Of a DNA stretch of 64,000 bases, positions 16,640-31,833 are shown piece by piece. The translations under genes were made by a program, and so were the position numbers. Position 1 is the stretch's first letter, and each line of letters opens with the position of its first letter. The notes below the pieces were generated by a model, which was not told where the DNA came from, made no database searches, and worked only from the letters and a program-made list of their open reading frames with translations. Location of the stretch: the NCBI RefSeq assembly GCF_009914755.1, contig NC_060931.1. One strand, 5' to 3'. The stretch comes from the human T2T-CHM13v2.0 reference genome, Homo sapiens.

Positions 16640-17440
16640 AATCTCTAGCAAATGGCTTCTCCATTTCCCTAATTGCTCAACTTGGGCATCTTGATACCTT
16701 GCTTTCCCTAAAATTCCTAACCAATCCACTGGTAAGTACAATTAAGCTAAGCCTGAAAATGTACCTCCAGTTTGGCTACTTGCCTGATTTAAATCATGTA
16801 AGCTCTAGTCTGCTCACTTTATTATGCAATTGGGACAACTATAATAGAAGTTCTCATTTGGAGAACTATAGTTCTGCATGTTTTCACATTTTCTGACCAG
16901 TTTATTTTCTACCCCCAAATTAATCTGTTTTTGAAAATGTGTCAGTGTGTTACTCTGCTTCTGAGACTTTCGAAGCTTCACTTTGCATGACAAATTCAAT
17001 CAAGTAAAACTCTCACAATGACAAATAGGTTCCTGCATTATCTGGCTCCCAATTGTCTTTCCAAAGTCATAGTACTCACTATCCCTAATTGCCCACCATG
17101 CACTGCTGCTTCAGCAACCCCACCTGCATTCCTTCCTTCAGTCCTTGAAACACAGGGAGCTATTTCTCCTCCTTCTTATATTTTAGGTCCAGTTTTAATG
17201 TTACCTCCTCAGAGAGACCTTCTTGGCCATCTAGCTAGATAGTTCATCTCTATTATTCATTCTTCTGATTCTTTGATATTTTATAATTATATATTTCATT
17301 ATTGTTCAATTTATTTTCAATTATACTCAACGAAAATGTAATCTCCAGAAGGATAGAAGCCATTTGTTTATTTCCTCACTGTATATTTAGCACCTAGAAC
17401 AGTGCCAACACATATCAGACACTCAAAGGGAATTCATCAC
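16640..17440. mobile_element. L2 fragments
   Basis: aatgttacctcctcagagagaccttcttggcca; ttagcacctagaacagtgcc. Confidence 0.6.
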
Positions 17441-17884
17441 TAATAGATTCTTTGACACATGCTACAGTCCTTGCCTTTGTCCATTGTTAGTGCTTTGTAT
17501 GTGGTTTCACAAGAATTATTAGAGTATGCCAAATATGGACTTCTTTAACAAATTTGAGATTTAGGCCATTTGTTAATCTGGAAGCAAAAATAAAATTATT
17601 AATTTTCATATACATCAAATATATGTTCCAGGAGAACATGGCAAGAAGACTCACATATTTTCCTTCTTTTTAATCTATGCACTTGTATGAACACTGGCAA
17701 ATACAAGTATCTTATCAGAAATGGTGATGTCTTTATTCATTTCTTTAGATTGCATGAACTCTAATGCAACTCATGAAAATACTCCTGAAGTATATTCTTA
17801 CTGAACATCCCAAATAGACTACATACTAAGCTCTTGACTTAGTCAAGCACGTATACAGCTTAGAGCTAGTTGGTCAGATATTCA

Positions 17885-18045
17885 TGGAATTATTCTCCAA
17901 CTTTGCCGTAAATCAGAGTTACTTAGGGAGTTTGTTTAAAAAAAAAAATCATCTGCTCAGGTCCCAATTCCAGATATTTCCATTCAGCATGTCTGGGGTG
18001 GGGTCAGGCCACTGTATTTTTAACAAGTGCCCCAGGGACTCTGTT
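17885..18045. mobile_element. MER5A-like hAT MITE
   Basis: aatcagagttacttagggagtttgtttaaa...ggtgggg...tgtatttttaacaagtgccccagg. Confidence 0.65.
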
Positions 18046-18900
18046 CACCTTGTCTTAGTAGACACTTTTCAAACTTCTCTAAGTGAGCTTTGATGCTAAA
18101 AATATTTAGCATTCAAGTCCTGCTTCTTTACCAAAGTCTGATGGTGTTTAGTGATCTTACCTAGTGGTGTTCAGTGATCTTCAGATAAATATAGCCTATT
18201 AGTGACTCTGCAAAATGTTTTAAGACCTCATCTCCAAATATTCTCTCTTTGCTTACCCTACTCCATCGACACTATTTCAGTTTCAGTTCCTTGAATATGT
18301 CAAGTGCCTTGCCACCTCTGGGCCTTTGAACTCAATGTTCCCTCCGCCTATGAAGTTCACACCCAGCTTTACATGGCTGTGTCATTATCTAGCTAGCAGT
18401 TTTTTCTTCTATGTCATATCCTCAGTGAGGTCTTTCCCTATAATGATCATCTGTTTACTTGTTAGTGTAAGGTCTCACATATGATTTTATGTGCCACTAG
18501 AAATCAAGGTACTTTTGTTTTTCTTTTGTCAACTCTGTATCCAAAGTGCAGAGCACAGCTGGCTAGCATAGAGTGAGTCTCAAAACTGAGTATTATTTAA
18601 CGTATTCACTCCTGGGAAACTAATTCATTAGCCTTTCATCTTTCCTTTGTTTGTGATTTTACCTCCCAACTTATAAATGAAAAGTATAAAAATTACCTTG
18701 AAGTGCATCCATGTGTACCTTATTTTCTAAACAAAAAAATCAAAAACCAAAACCAGAGATGTTTGGAAACTTGACCTCCTTTAGTTTAAGTCTCTATTTA
18801 ATATCACATTAAAACCCAATACCCATGGTCTCTTTTTTCCACTATTTGTTCTTCTATCCAAGACTATTGTTCAAAATCATATATTATATATACCACATCA

Positions 18901-19326
<426 letters not shown>

Positions 19327-20569
19327 TCAAAACTCAGGCAAGAGGAAAGCTTTTTAAATATCTTAACTCAGCTAAAAATTGTGGTGTGTCTTATCTCCAC
19401 TACAATCCTCAGGGATATTATTATATACAGCATAAGATTACAATACAGAGACACAACTAGGATGGATGGGTAGGTTCCTACATAAAGTCCTTTTGCAACA
19501 TCAATTCTAGGTACATTTTACTTAAAGGAATAAAATATTTGAAAACTGTTGAATTATAAAAGTGAGTAAATTGCTAACAATGTCCTTGACTTTTTCCCAC
19601 CCATGGTGCTGCTTTGTGTCAGAGCAAATGGAACACAACGTTAACAGCTGGAATACAACGAGATCAGCAGGTTTTCCATGAGATTAATCTTTACATCACA
19701 TAATGCTTTGGGTTCAGAGCAGTAAAGATCTCTGCCGCTGACATCCCATATGCTTTGGTTTGAATCATTGCATGCCTTGAATTAATCTCACAAATGTATA
19801 TCACTTTCTTTTATTTGTTTCTTCCTCCTTAGCCCCTCAAAATCAGTGTACATATGTGTGTAGGGATAGAGGGGATAGATAATGTAGGGAAATGTCACAA
19901 TGAAATAGCCGACAATAAGATTTTTGAGGGCTAAAACAAGCTAAGAATTCCTGCTGTTTTTCCTCTAAAATCCTTACAAGTCCTCAGATACTTTTCCAGC
20001 TAACTCATTAACTTTTGTAATTCTTGAATTCTGGTTGTCTTCTCAGATAAAACATATAAATATGATTTACATTGTTTAATGGAAGGCCAGATCAGAATTT
20101 TCACTGTTTCTTTTTAAATCAAATATTAGTAGATTAAAGCTGTTAGATCCTTATCAAAAGTGTTGCCAACATGTATTTTTCTTATTTTGAATATTTTTAG
20201 TGTATGCATAGACAGAATGTTTTCTGCATTGACTAAATAGGTGTCTGTTTCAATTTATACAGAAGGTAAAACTTCTTTTGAATCAATTCGTTTTATGAAA
20301 GGGCCTGTTTTAAACAAAGAATTGATCAATGCGGTAACTGAAATGAGACCAAAAAGAGTCAATATTTGTTTTGGATTTATTTCCTCATAAAGGCCAATTC
20401 ATGGTCTCTTTTTCTAACTAGTAACCAGTTCCAACAACTGACTAGATCTGAAAAAGCAAATAATTTTCCTGAATTTATACTTTTTCTTGTGCTGCATACT
20501 TACCTTATATCCTCAGTGATGTTCCTGTATTATTTGCTCATAAAAATCGAGCGTTTTCAGTTTAAATAG

Positions 20570-20765
20570 AGAGGCAATATAGAATAAGGCTTAACTGTGC
20601 ATTCTAATCTCAGCTCTCTCAGTTCACAGCTATAAGACTTTGTTGTAGTTATTTACTTTTTTCCAAGTTTTAGGTTCCCTATCTCTACATGGGATTATTA
20701 ATACTATCTGTGTCATAGAGTTGTGAGGAATAAACAAGATAACATGATGAATAAAAATTAGCTAT
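20570..20765. mobile_element. MIR
   Basis: ttctaatctcagctct...gggattattaatactatct...catagagttgtgaggaataaa. Confidence 0.65.
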
Positions 20766-21159
20766 GATGATGATGATGATGATGGATGATAACGATACGA
20801 ATGTATACGGAGGGTAAGGTTTTGAGGGTCCATGTTTTAAAAACGTAAGCACATCACTTTCGCACAGACTTTATCACAAATACTAAGACTGCTCCTTCAG
20901 TTCCTTGTCTGGGGCACACAAACAATCTGATTTCCTAGAGCCCCTGAAAACAACTCTGAAAATTTGGTAAACACTGTAAGAAGTGGATTAGAAAGGAAGG
21001 ACTTCTATGTACTTCTAAACTATTTTGCCAGTTAAATTTTTGAACTACAGAATAATAAGTTAAACCAGTGTGCAACCTTCCAGATGTCCAATTATATCAC
21101 TGCTTCCAAAGATAATGATACAAGCAATAGACACATAGATGAAACAGGATTTAAAGCTA

Positions 21160-21315
<156 letters not shown>

Positions 21316-22795
21316 TTAATAGTTTAAAAATAAGATGTTTTCAGTTTTGTATCATTAACATTTTACCCGATGAAATACGTTTTTATTTTATAATAACTGT
21401 AAAATATCTCAGTGATAACTTACATATCCTTTAATCCTATTTTATAATTATATATTCAAGATTCTATAATTTAAAAATATTTTGTAATTACATATTCTAG
21501 ATTCCATAATGAATATACTCTTTTTCTTTAATAAACTCTAAAATTTTAAGGATAAAATTAGTAAATTATAATAATTTTCATTGATATTCTCCCAGATGTG
21601 ATTTGCAGTTCGCATAACCCAGAATGACATATACTACATTATTTCATTTAATAAATTTCATCAATCCAAAATTATCTTTTGAGTGAATATATAAATGTGA
21701 CAGTTATGTCAGTAAATATGTCTTTAACAATGTTCTACTTTCTCCATTACTGGGAGAAATTGATCAGACTGCAACTGGGGTTCTAGCCAACTTTCCTTTT
21801 GACTGAGAATCTGCAAATAGGAGGCAGGCTTCACCTTGTATTTTGACCTGGTTGACAGTGTTTTCCACCCAGGAACACTCTAGCCTAATTGCTGGGTCAG
21901 CTGCCATAAATACCCACTGCTTCTGCTGTTACTGCATGCAGGGTGCTTAATAATGCAACCTACCTTGGGAAAAGTCACAAAGGCAGGTAATGCAGCCAGC
22001 TATACAGTCATAGCCTATTTTATTGCAATAAAAAAATTGAAACAGGACAGAAATTTTGGTATGTTATGTGTCTCTTCACCTCCCTTGTCCCAAACATAAC
22101 AACTGATAGTGATATAATATGCAACTATCCAAGGAATTTTTCTACGTACTTACGTATACAAATTTTCGTACATAAATCTTTATTACACACATATTTTCAA
22201 CACGAATAAAACTGTGCTATACATACTGTTCATTAACTTGTGTGGTATTATTTTAACTTCAAATATGTCTAAGAGAACTTTGTGTATCAGTATATAACAT
22301 ATGCATATGTCATGTGTTGCATTCTGTCAGATTATTATTTTTAAGCACTGCATCATGTTTTATAATAAGTTCATGTACTACAAGATAAAATGAATGATCT
22401 CTTTTTATGAATTTTTAAGCTATTTCCTGTGTCTCATTACTACAAAAAAGTATTGTATTTAACATTAGTTGAAGAACATTTGTGTAAATGTGCGCATGTG
22501 TTTTGAAGGCTACTCTAGAGAAAAATATTCCATTACATCATTATATCCCTCTGAATGGCTCCCACTGTCAAATATGCAAGGATTCATTTCCTTGCAACCA
22601 CAAAACACTACATATGAACAACTTTATGATATGTCTTTAATAATAAGTGAAAGCCAATGTCTTTTTATTTGTTGTAAAATCACACTTCCCTGTTTACTAG
22701 TGAGTTCAGCATATTTTTATACATTTCCTGGAGATGCGTAACCTGTCCTATGAAAAGAACACTCAAAGATGTGCCTTTCTTTCTATTGAATTGCC

Positions 22796-23107
<312 letters not shown>

Positions 23108-23768
23108 GAGATGTCTTTTAATAATACTTTAAAACTCTTTGCATATTACAGCAATCTTCGCATTTAAATTTGCATCATTTAAAAAAATTTTGTCAAGGTA
23201 ATACCAACACTGCATAAATATAATAAAATATGTATAAAAATTACTAAAACCCATCATCTGATTATAATATCCATGGATATTTAGAACAGGAAACTTTCAT
23301 GCATTTTCTCATTTATTATATTGTGGATATTTAACCTTTGTGAGACATGTTGCAAATATTTTATTCGGTTCTAATACTCATTGTTTTGCTTATACTAATA
23401 TATATACAATATAATAAACACATATGTACCAGTTGCCCATTCCAGGAAGTAGAACATTTCTAATAACTTACATATTTCTCTGTTTTCTTTCCCTATAGCA
23501 CTGCCCTTTCTAATTTACAAAGGTGAGCACTACTCTGAATACTGAGTTACCACGTGTCTGACATAATCAACATGTGTCTTTCTACTTTTCCCACTTACAT
23601 TGGTACTCAGATTCATTCATGTTGTAGCTGAAGCTTTTCCCACGTGTAGCTGAAGTTCTTTCTACTTCTACTGCTGTGTTAAATACCACTTACATGTCTT
23701 TTAAAATCCATGTCAATGGGCATTTCAACTGGTTTGCTTTACATTCTTGCAAAAAGTGCATTCTTGTA

Positions 23769-26132
23769 CAGGCATACCTCATTGTATTACTCTTTATTGA
23801 GTTTAGCAGATACTGCATTTTTTACAACTTGAATGTCTGTGGCAACTCTGCTTCTAGCAAGTCTATCAGTGCCATGTTTTCCAACAGCACATGCTCACTT
23901 GGTGTCTGTGTCACATTTTTGTAATTATCGCAATATTTCAAGCTTTTTCATTATTATTATATCTGTTATGGTGATCTCTGATCAGTTATTATAGTAATTG
24001 CTTTGAGGTGCCATGAACCACGCCCATGTAAGACAGAGAACATAATTGTGAATGTTGTGTGTGTTCTGACTGCTCCACCCACCAGCGGTTCTCCTGTCTC
24101 TCTTTGTGTCCTCAGGCCTCTTAATTCCCTTAGACACAACAGTATTGAAATTAGGGAAATTAACAACCCTACAATGTCCTCTAAGTGTTCAAGTGAAAGG
24201 AAGAGTTGCATTTCTCTTTCAATCAAAAGCTAGAAATTATTAAGCTGAGTGAGTAAAGCATGTCAAAAGCACAGGCAGGCCAAAAGCTAGCCATTTTGTG
24301 CCAGTAAGCCAAGCTGTAAAAGCGAAGGCAAAGTTATTGAAGGAAATTAAAAGTGTTACTCCAGCGAACACACAAACAACAAGAAGGCGAAACAGCCTTA
24401 TTGCTGATAGGGAGAATGTTTTAGTGGTCTAGACAGAAGATCAAAGGAGCCACAACATTCCCTTAAGCTAAAGCCAAGTCCAGAGCAAGCCCCTAACTCT
24501 ATTCAATTGTATGAAGGCTGAGAGATGTGAGGAAGCTGAAAAATAGTTTGATGCAAGCAGATGTTGGTTCTTGAAGCTTAAGGAAAGAAGCTGTATAAAC
24601 AGCAAGTGCTGAGGAAGAAGTGGCAGCAAATTATCCAGAAGATCTAGCTACAATTATTGATAAAGGTGGTACGCTAAACAACAATTTTTCAATGTAGACA
24701 ACATAGCCTTCTAATGGAAGAAGATGCCATCTAGCACTTTGATAGCTACAAAGGAGAAGTCAATGCCTGGCCTCAAAGCTTCAAAGAACAGGCTGACTCT
24801 CCTGTTAGGGGCTAATGAGGCTGATGACTTTAAGTTGAAGCCAATGCTCATTTGCCATTATGAAAATCCTAGGGCCCCTAAGAATTATGCCAAACTTACT
24901 CTACCTGTGCACTATAAATGGTGGAACAAAGCGTGAGGGATATCGCATTTCTTTACAGCATGGTTTACTGAGTATTTTAAGTCCACGACTGAGACATATT
25001 TCTCAAAAAAAAAAAAAGATTCCTTTCAAAATATTATTTTCATTGACAATGTACCTGGTCACCCAATATTCTGATGGAGATGTGCAGAAAGATGAATGTT
25101 GTTTTCATGCCTGCAAACACAGCATACATTCTGCAGCTCGTCGATCAAGGAGTAATTCAACTTTCAAGTCTTATTTAAAAAATACATTTCATATGGCTAT
25201 AGGTGCCACAGACAGTGATTCATTTTGGGGATCTGGGCAAAGTTAATTGACAACCTCTGTAAAGGATTTAATAATCTAGGTGTCATTAAGAACATTCATA
25301 ATTCATGGACAGAGGTCAAAATATCAGCATTAACAAGGGTTTGGAAGAAGTTGATGCCAAGTCTCATGGATGACTTTAAAGGGTTCAAGACTTCAGTGGA
25401 GGAAGTCGCTGCAGATGTCATAAAAACAGCAAAAAGTAGAATTGTAAGTGGAGGCTGCATGTGACTGAATTGCCGCAATCTCATCATATTTGATGAGAAT
25501 TGAATTTGAAAGGATGAGGAATTGACTTTTAGAGATAAGCAAAAAAAGAGGGTTTCTTGAAATGGAATCTACTCCTAGTAAAGATGCTGTGAACACTGTC
25601 GAAATGGTAACAAAGGATTTAGATTATTACATAAATTTAATTGACAAGGCAGCAGCAGGATTTGAGAAGACTGACTCAAATTCTGAGGGAAGTTCTACTG
25701 TGTATAAGATGCTAGCAAACAGCATCACATGCTAGAGAGAAATCTTTCATAAAAGTAAGTGTCCATCAATGGGTCAAACTTCATTGTTGTCTTATTTTAA
25801 GAAACTACTAGAGCCACCTCCACCTTCAGCAACCACCACTCTGATCATTTGGTTCCCATTAAAATCAAGGCTAAACTCTCTACCAGAAAAAACATTATGA
25901 CTCCCTGGAGGCTCACATGATTGTTACTAATTTTTCGCAATGAATTATTTTTAAATTAAGGTATATACATTTTTTAAACCACAATGCTATTGCACATTTA
26001 ATAGACAACAGTATAAACATAACTTTTATATGTACTGGGAAACGAAAAAATTTGTGTGATTCACTTTATTGTGATATTCACTTTATTGTGGTGGTGTGGA
26101 ACCAAATCCACAATGTCTCCAAGGTATGCCTG
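23769..26132 (+). mobile_element. Tigger1 DNA transposon, near full length (2364 bp), with a decayed pogo-type transposase
   Basis: TIRs caggcatacct / aggtatgcctg with TA TSDs; ORF remnants such as ...[14 protein letters not shown]...[17 protein letters not shown]. Confidence 0.95.
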
Positions 26133-26134
26133 TA

Positions 26135-28158
26135 CGTACTTCCTAGTGCTTAAGGGTAGTGGCCACTTTAGAGTAATGCATATTAATATGCAACTTTACC
26201 AGATAACATCAATGTTTTTCGCAAAGAAGTTGCACCAATGTACAATGGATGTGCTCTATTGAATCCATTCTCTTTAACACTTGTCACGCTTTTTCATTTT
26301 ATTTCTTATTTTTGTGAAATGCCTATTTATCCTTTTGGTTTCCATTATCTATTCCTTTTCACCTTGTTGGTTTGCAAAAAAATTTTACACGTCTTTGATT
26401 TTAGTCCTTTTTGAATAACTTTTTTTTCAAATATCTTCTACAAATTTAAAGTTTTTTCTTTTACTTTCATTAATGTGTATTTTAATGAATAAGAACCTAG
26501 TTTTAATATTCAATTTCATCATCCCTTTGATAAGTAGTCAGTACCTTAACTAGTCTTCTGTAAGACAAGCTTCCTTACTCAGAGCTCAGAATTCACATAC
26601 ACTCTCTTAAAATGTCAGTTTTACTTTTGACATAGAAATTCTTAGTTTGTTGTGGTGTGAAGTACTTTCTTTTCTTCTCTCCCCACTTTCTCCCATCTCC
26701 CCTTTATCCTGGCCTCCGGCCCTCCCTCTCTTCCTTTCTTACTCCCTTTCATCCTTCCTTTTGGCTGTAGTGGAGCACTTTTTTTCTATTTATTTTTTAT
26801 CCATCTTTTCATTTATTGAATAATTCAACTTTCTACTATGCAAAGTCCATGATAAGTATTATTTCCACATATGGGTACATTTCTATTTCTATTCTCTATT
26901 GTGTTTTACTCACGACTTTGTCCATCTCTGCACTAGTACCATACTCTCGCAATTACTACAGCTTTCCAGTAAGTCCATATCTCAGGGCATGAAGAATCTT
27001 ACCAATTATTTCTTCTTTTTTTCATGTACATTTAAACTCATCATATTTCACCAAAACTAAAATAATAGTAAGAAAAACCAATCATGATTTTGACTGAAGT
27101 TGCATTAAAACTATATATTAATTTTGGGAGAAATAACACACGTATAATATGAATTAAGTTTCCTTATTCATGAATGTAGTATTGCTCGATTTATTTACAT
27201 ATTCTTTAATATCCTTCAACAAAGATATAAATTTTCTACTAACAGGTCTTGCATATATTTTGTTAGATTTATTCTTCGTTGTTTTGTGGTTTTTGTTGGT
27301 ATTTTAAACATTTAAAAATTATGTTTATTAATATTAATATTTTTGTTGCTGGCATATATAAACATATTTGAGTGTTATACATTGATTTTATAAATAATCA
27401 TATTATCACTGTTTTTCTATTGCTTACATTTTGTTTGTGGATACATTTGGATTTCTATGTATGTAATTGTGGCATTTGCTACTAGCAATGGTATTATTAG
27501 TAATCTCTAGTCTTTATAATTGTTATTTCTTTCCCTGAGTCTTTTTCCTTGACAGAATTCCAACATATTGTTGAATAGGAGTATTCATAGTGAATATCCA
27601 TATCTTGTTCCTGAAGATAAGAATTACTTTTGGAATCTGCCCATTTAGGATATCTGTTATTGAGATTTTATTTTTCTTTCTTTTTACTTTCCTTCTTTTT
27701 GATGGAGATTTTTTATGAGGTTAACAAGTTTCTCTTCTACTCCTATCATAAGAATTTTTACTATATAAAAATATTAAGTTTTTCTGCATTTTTGAGATTT
27801 GACAAGGTCTCTGTCCTTTAATCGGTTAGTGTGAGAATAAACATTTATATATTTCTGCATTATTAATCATTCTTGAAATCCTTTCAGGCACCCAAATTGA
27901 TTCTTGTGTATTAATATTTTTAAGATAATTGAGTTTCTTTGCTAATATTTTGTTTAGAAATTTTGCATCAATCTTTATGAACAAATTGACCTATTTTTCT
28001 TCCTCATACCACTTTTGTCTACTTTTTAAAATTAAAATTATACCGCCTCATAAAATATGTTGCAGAGTATTCCCCATTTTACGATTTTTTTGTGGAAGAA
28101 TTTGTATAATTATTGAAGTTCTTTGAAAACTGGTAGCACTTGCATATAAAACCTAAAT
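26135..28158 (-). mobile_element. Old L1M/L1ME ORF2 region (also continues left of Tigger1)
   Basis: Antisense L1 ORF2 motifs (ttgaataggagt...atcttgttcctga; gctaatattttgtttagaaattttgcatc). Confidence 0.65.
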
Positions 28159-28161
28159 GTC

Positions 28162-28324
28162 GGGTCGGGGGAGGGGGGAGGGATAGCACTGGGAGATATA
28201 CCTAATGCTAGATGACACGTTAGTGGGTGCAGCGCACCAGCATGGCACATGTATACATATGTAACTAACCTGCACAATGTGCACATGTACCCTAAAACTT
28301 AAAGTATAATAATAAAAAAAAAAA
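28162..28324 (+). mobile_element. Young L1 (L1HS-type, ACG/A) 3' end, heavily 5'-truncated
   Basis: Near-perfect L1HS 3'UTR: gggtcgggggaggggggaggg...gatgacACGttagtgg...cacaatgtgcac...cttAAagtataat followed by poly(A). Confidence 0.92.
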
Positions 28325-29734
28325 CATTAAAGAGAAAAGTCTTACATCATTGTTTAAATTACTTTAGTAACTATTCTTAAAATTTATGATTTTAAATTCT
28401 CCTTAAGTCAGCTTTTTTCCAGCTATACTTCTGTAGCAATTTGATTCTCCCTCCTAGATTTTCAAACATTGGCACTGAAGCTTAAGAAAACTTTGTAAAA
28501 CACGGCAGTAGCTGCAACATTTCCCACCGAGCTAACTGTTTCTGGTGAAAGCCTAACCATCCAGTTGACTCACCATTGTTCTTCTATTCCATGATGATGT
28601 TTCATCTGTTATTCATTCTTGTTTTCTTTAAAAATTGTCATCATTGGTTCTTCAGCAGCATCCTACCCCCAAACATAAACCCCATGTGACTGTCAGACCA
28701 GCTTACTCTCTGTAAATTGATTGCTAATCGGAAAATTTGACCTCTCTTTATCTCAATTTCTTGATCCATTCAATCCATGCAGTTTTCCCTAGAAACTCAT
28801 TCATTCCTTACTACATTCATTCATTAATATCCTTGGGATTTATTTAGTGATTCTGACCCTCAGTTTCCATAACTTTAGAATAGAATTAACACCACGTGGT
28901 TTGTTGGGCTCTTTATATACACATAAAGAAAATGTGTATGTAAATACACCTTACTATTCACATGTTATTACTGATTTAATTATATTTTTTTCTTTATTAA
29001 AAGTAGTATAGGTATGTTTTAGGTCAGAGTGCCACTCCTCTATTTCCCCACCTCCTCCGCCTGCACTGTTCTGGCAGAATAGTCACAATTTTCTAACAAG
29101 CAGTAAGGAGAGTTTTTCTGCATGCAATCTGAAACTGTAGCTAGCGGACAATTGGGAGACCTGCCTACAGCACTGGAGACACAAGGTACAGAGGAAAACA
29201 GCTGTGATAGAAGACAAGTAAACTGAAGAGTCTCAGCAAGAGCCAAAATGCAGGGTCCTGCATGGCACTGACTTTTCACCCAGGAAGGCTGTGATGAGGA
29301 GCAGCTGTGAGGCTTCCACATTACAGGTCATCCTTCCAATGGGGAGAAGTGAGAAAATGGGGAGTGTCAGGAAGGATTTCACTCTGGGGAAACTTTTGTA
29401 CTGCGTATTGTACTTTTTACCTATCAGTTCCACAGTGTTCCATGTGAAGAATGAATAAGCATGAACATTTTGCAATGAAATCATGCTTGGGTCCTGAATT
29501 TATTTGCACCATTTTATTAATTTTTTTGAAATTAAAAATTCAAATGATGTATGAAGAAAATGAATGATGATGAGTTTCCAATGTTGGCCTTTATAGCATT
29601 GATTCACCTAGAGAGTTTCCTATGTATCTCCAATAGCTATATTTGAAAGCAAGCCTATTATTTGGGTTTAGCAGCCCTCTGTCAGACACTTCTTTTTTTA
29701 TCATATTTGCTCTATAATCACCACTATAACATTC

Positions 29735-29880
29735 CATAAAGTTTCAGTTATGCAAGATGAATAAATTCTAAGATCCACTGCACAACACTGTTCCTATAGT
29801 TAACGACACTTTTTTGTACATTTAAAAAGTTTTTAAGAATGTAGATCTAATGTTAATTGTTCTTACCACAACCACAACAA
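29735..29880 (+). mobile_element. L1MA/L1MB 3' end fragment
   Basis: aaagtttcagttatgcaagatgaataaattcta...gtagatct...gttcttaccaca. Confidence 0.7.
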
Positions 29881-31833
29881 AAGAGCAGGTGGTGAAATTG
29901 TGATGCTTAATATTACTAAAAACAAATCCAGAAAATTTCATCTAAGATTCAGAGGCTTACTTTGTGTTAAGATAAAATTGATACAGAAAAGGCAGTAAAT
30001 TTTCACTTGTACCTAATTGTTATTAGGTACAAAGCACACCAGGAAAACCTTTTTTAAAAGAAAAGAAAATTGTAGTACTGATTCCAGAATCTTGGAAAGT
30101 GTCATAAATCAGAATTCTTAACATCAATACGTAAATATTACTTTTTATTCCAATCTTATATTTTATTATTAAAAAATACTATCGCTTACATACAATGTGG
30201 CTGTATGGGTTAGAAATAGATTAAGTATATAAAATAAATAAATATATGGCTCTAAGTAGTATATATATTATAAATCATAAAATAATATTTTTGATACTTA
30301 GAGGAAATCAGTGTGAGAGTCATAAATATTTTCAGCATATCTATACATGGTGAATGCTCGCTTTAATTATACATATTTACATCTCTTTGTATTAAAGAAA
30401 CACAAGGCTGAAGGATCCAAAATGACTTTACCATATGTCATCAATTCTCTTTTTCCTCGTTCTTGTTTAGAAAAAATAATTTCAAGAGCTTTCCTTACGA
30501 AAGGTCTGCATTTTGATTTAAGCATTTAGAGACAGAAAGAAGCATACTTATCTCTGATTATTCTATTCAATTCATATTTATACTTGCATGTACACAGTTA
30601 CATACTATATTATTCTTAAAGTTACAAGATTAGATGGATTCAAAATTGCCTTAGTAAAATCTGGCTGAATTTTCTGATTTGTGATGTTACCGTTGTTTTT
30701 GAAACAATATTTATGGTCTAGAAAACCAATTTTTAATAACTTTCAGCTTATTTATTAATACCCAAACTGTATCTGTACATACCTTGGTATCATTGATATT
30801 ATTATTATTGCTGGTGTAATATCTTTTAAAAATCCATGCATGAATTATTTATGCTCCCTAAAGTTTCACTCTATTATATATATTACAAAATGGGGGAAAG
30901 GTTATTTCATGTTTTTCTCTGTGGGTTTCGATGTTTTATCAATTTAATGTGACTCTCTCAACATTTTAATTTAAAGTAAAATTAATTATAATAATATCCT
31001 CCAATCTAATATCTTATGTACTTTAGTTCAACAATACATTATAAAATTTAGTTAAACTAGGAAATGCACCTGTTTCAACAAATTCGTTTAGAGTTTTGAG
31101 ATATTGTGTGGAAGCTGAATTTACACTGTTTTGGGAAGACATTCCATGTGGCTAAGTGGGATAGTTATAAAAAATTAATTTGAATTAATCTTTATAAACC
31201 CAGTGTAAATAATTATGTTACCATAATAACCAGAAATAAGTTTTAGAGTATTTGAAAAATATACATATTCCAGTGGGCCATTAATAACTGAAACATTTAT
31301 TTCATTATTTCTGGAAATCTCAAACAAATCTTTTATGCTTATGTGTGTTAAAAGTGAAGGAGAGAGGGACAGAGAAAGGGAAAAACACAGACTGAAATGA
31401 CAAAAGAGAGCATGAGACACAGAAAATGAGAGAATATTTATTCCTGGGGAACCTATAATGTTATCTCATTAAATAACTTTAATATTCCTTCTAATATAAA
31501 GTGAGTTAGAAATGAAAGGTCAGTAAATGACAGGTTCTATGATGTAGCCTAAATATTTTTCCTTTCTTCACTAATGTACATGTTTCTTTAAAAATTAATA
31601 TTGGCAGAAACATCAAATTTTTAATGTCATTTCTGAGTGAATAGAAACACTAATATTTAGTTGAAATATCCTTGCCATCATATAGAAAATATTTATAATT
31701 TTATTAGTATAAGTAAAACACTTTTGTAAATATATTTGTTAAAATATAAATTTTTTCTATTGCATGGAAAATTATAACCCTTGAAGGATATTTTTAAAGT
31801 ACATAAATTAATATTCAAAAACCAAGTAACCGA

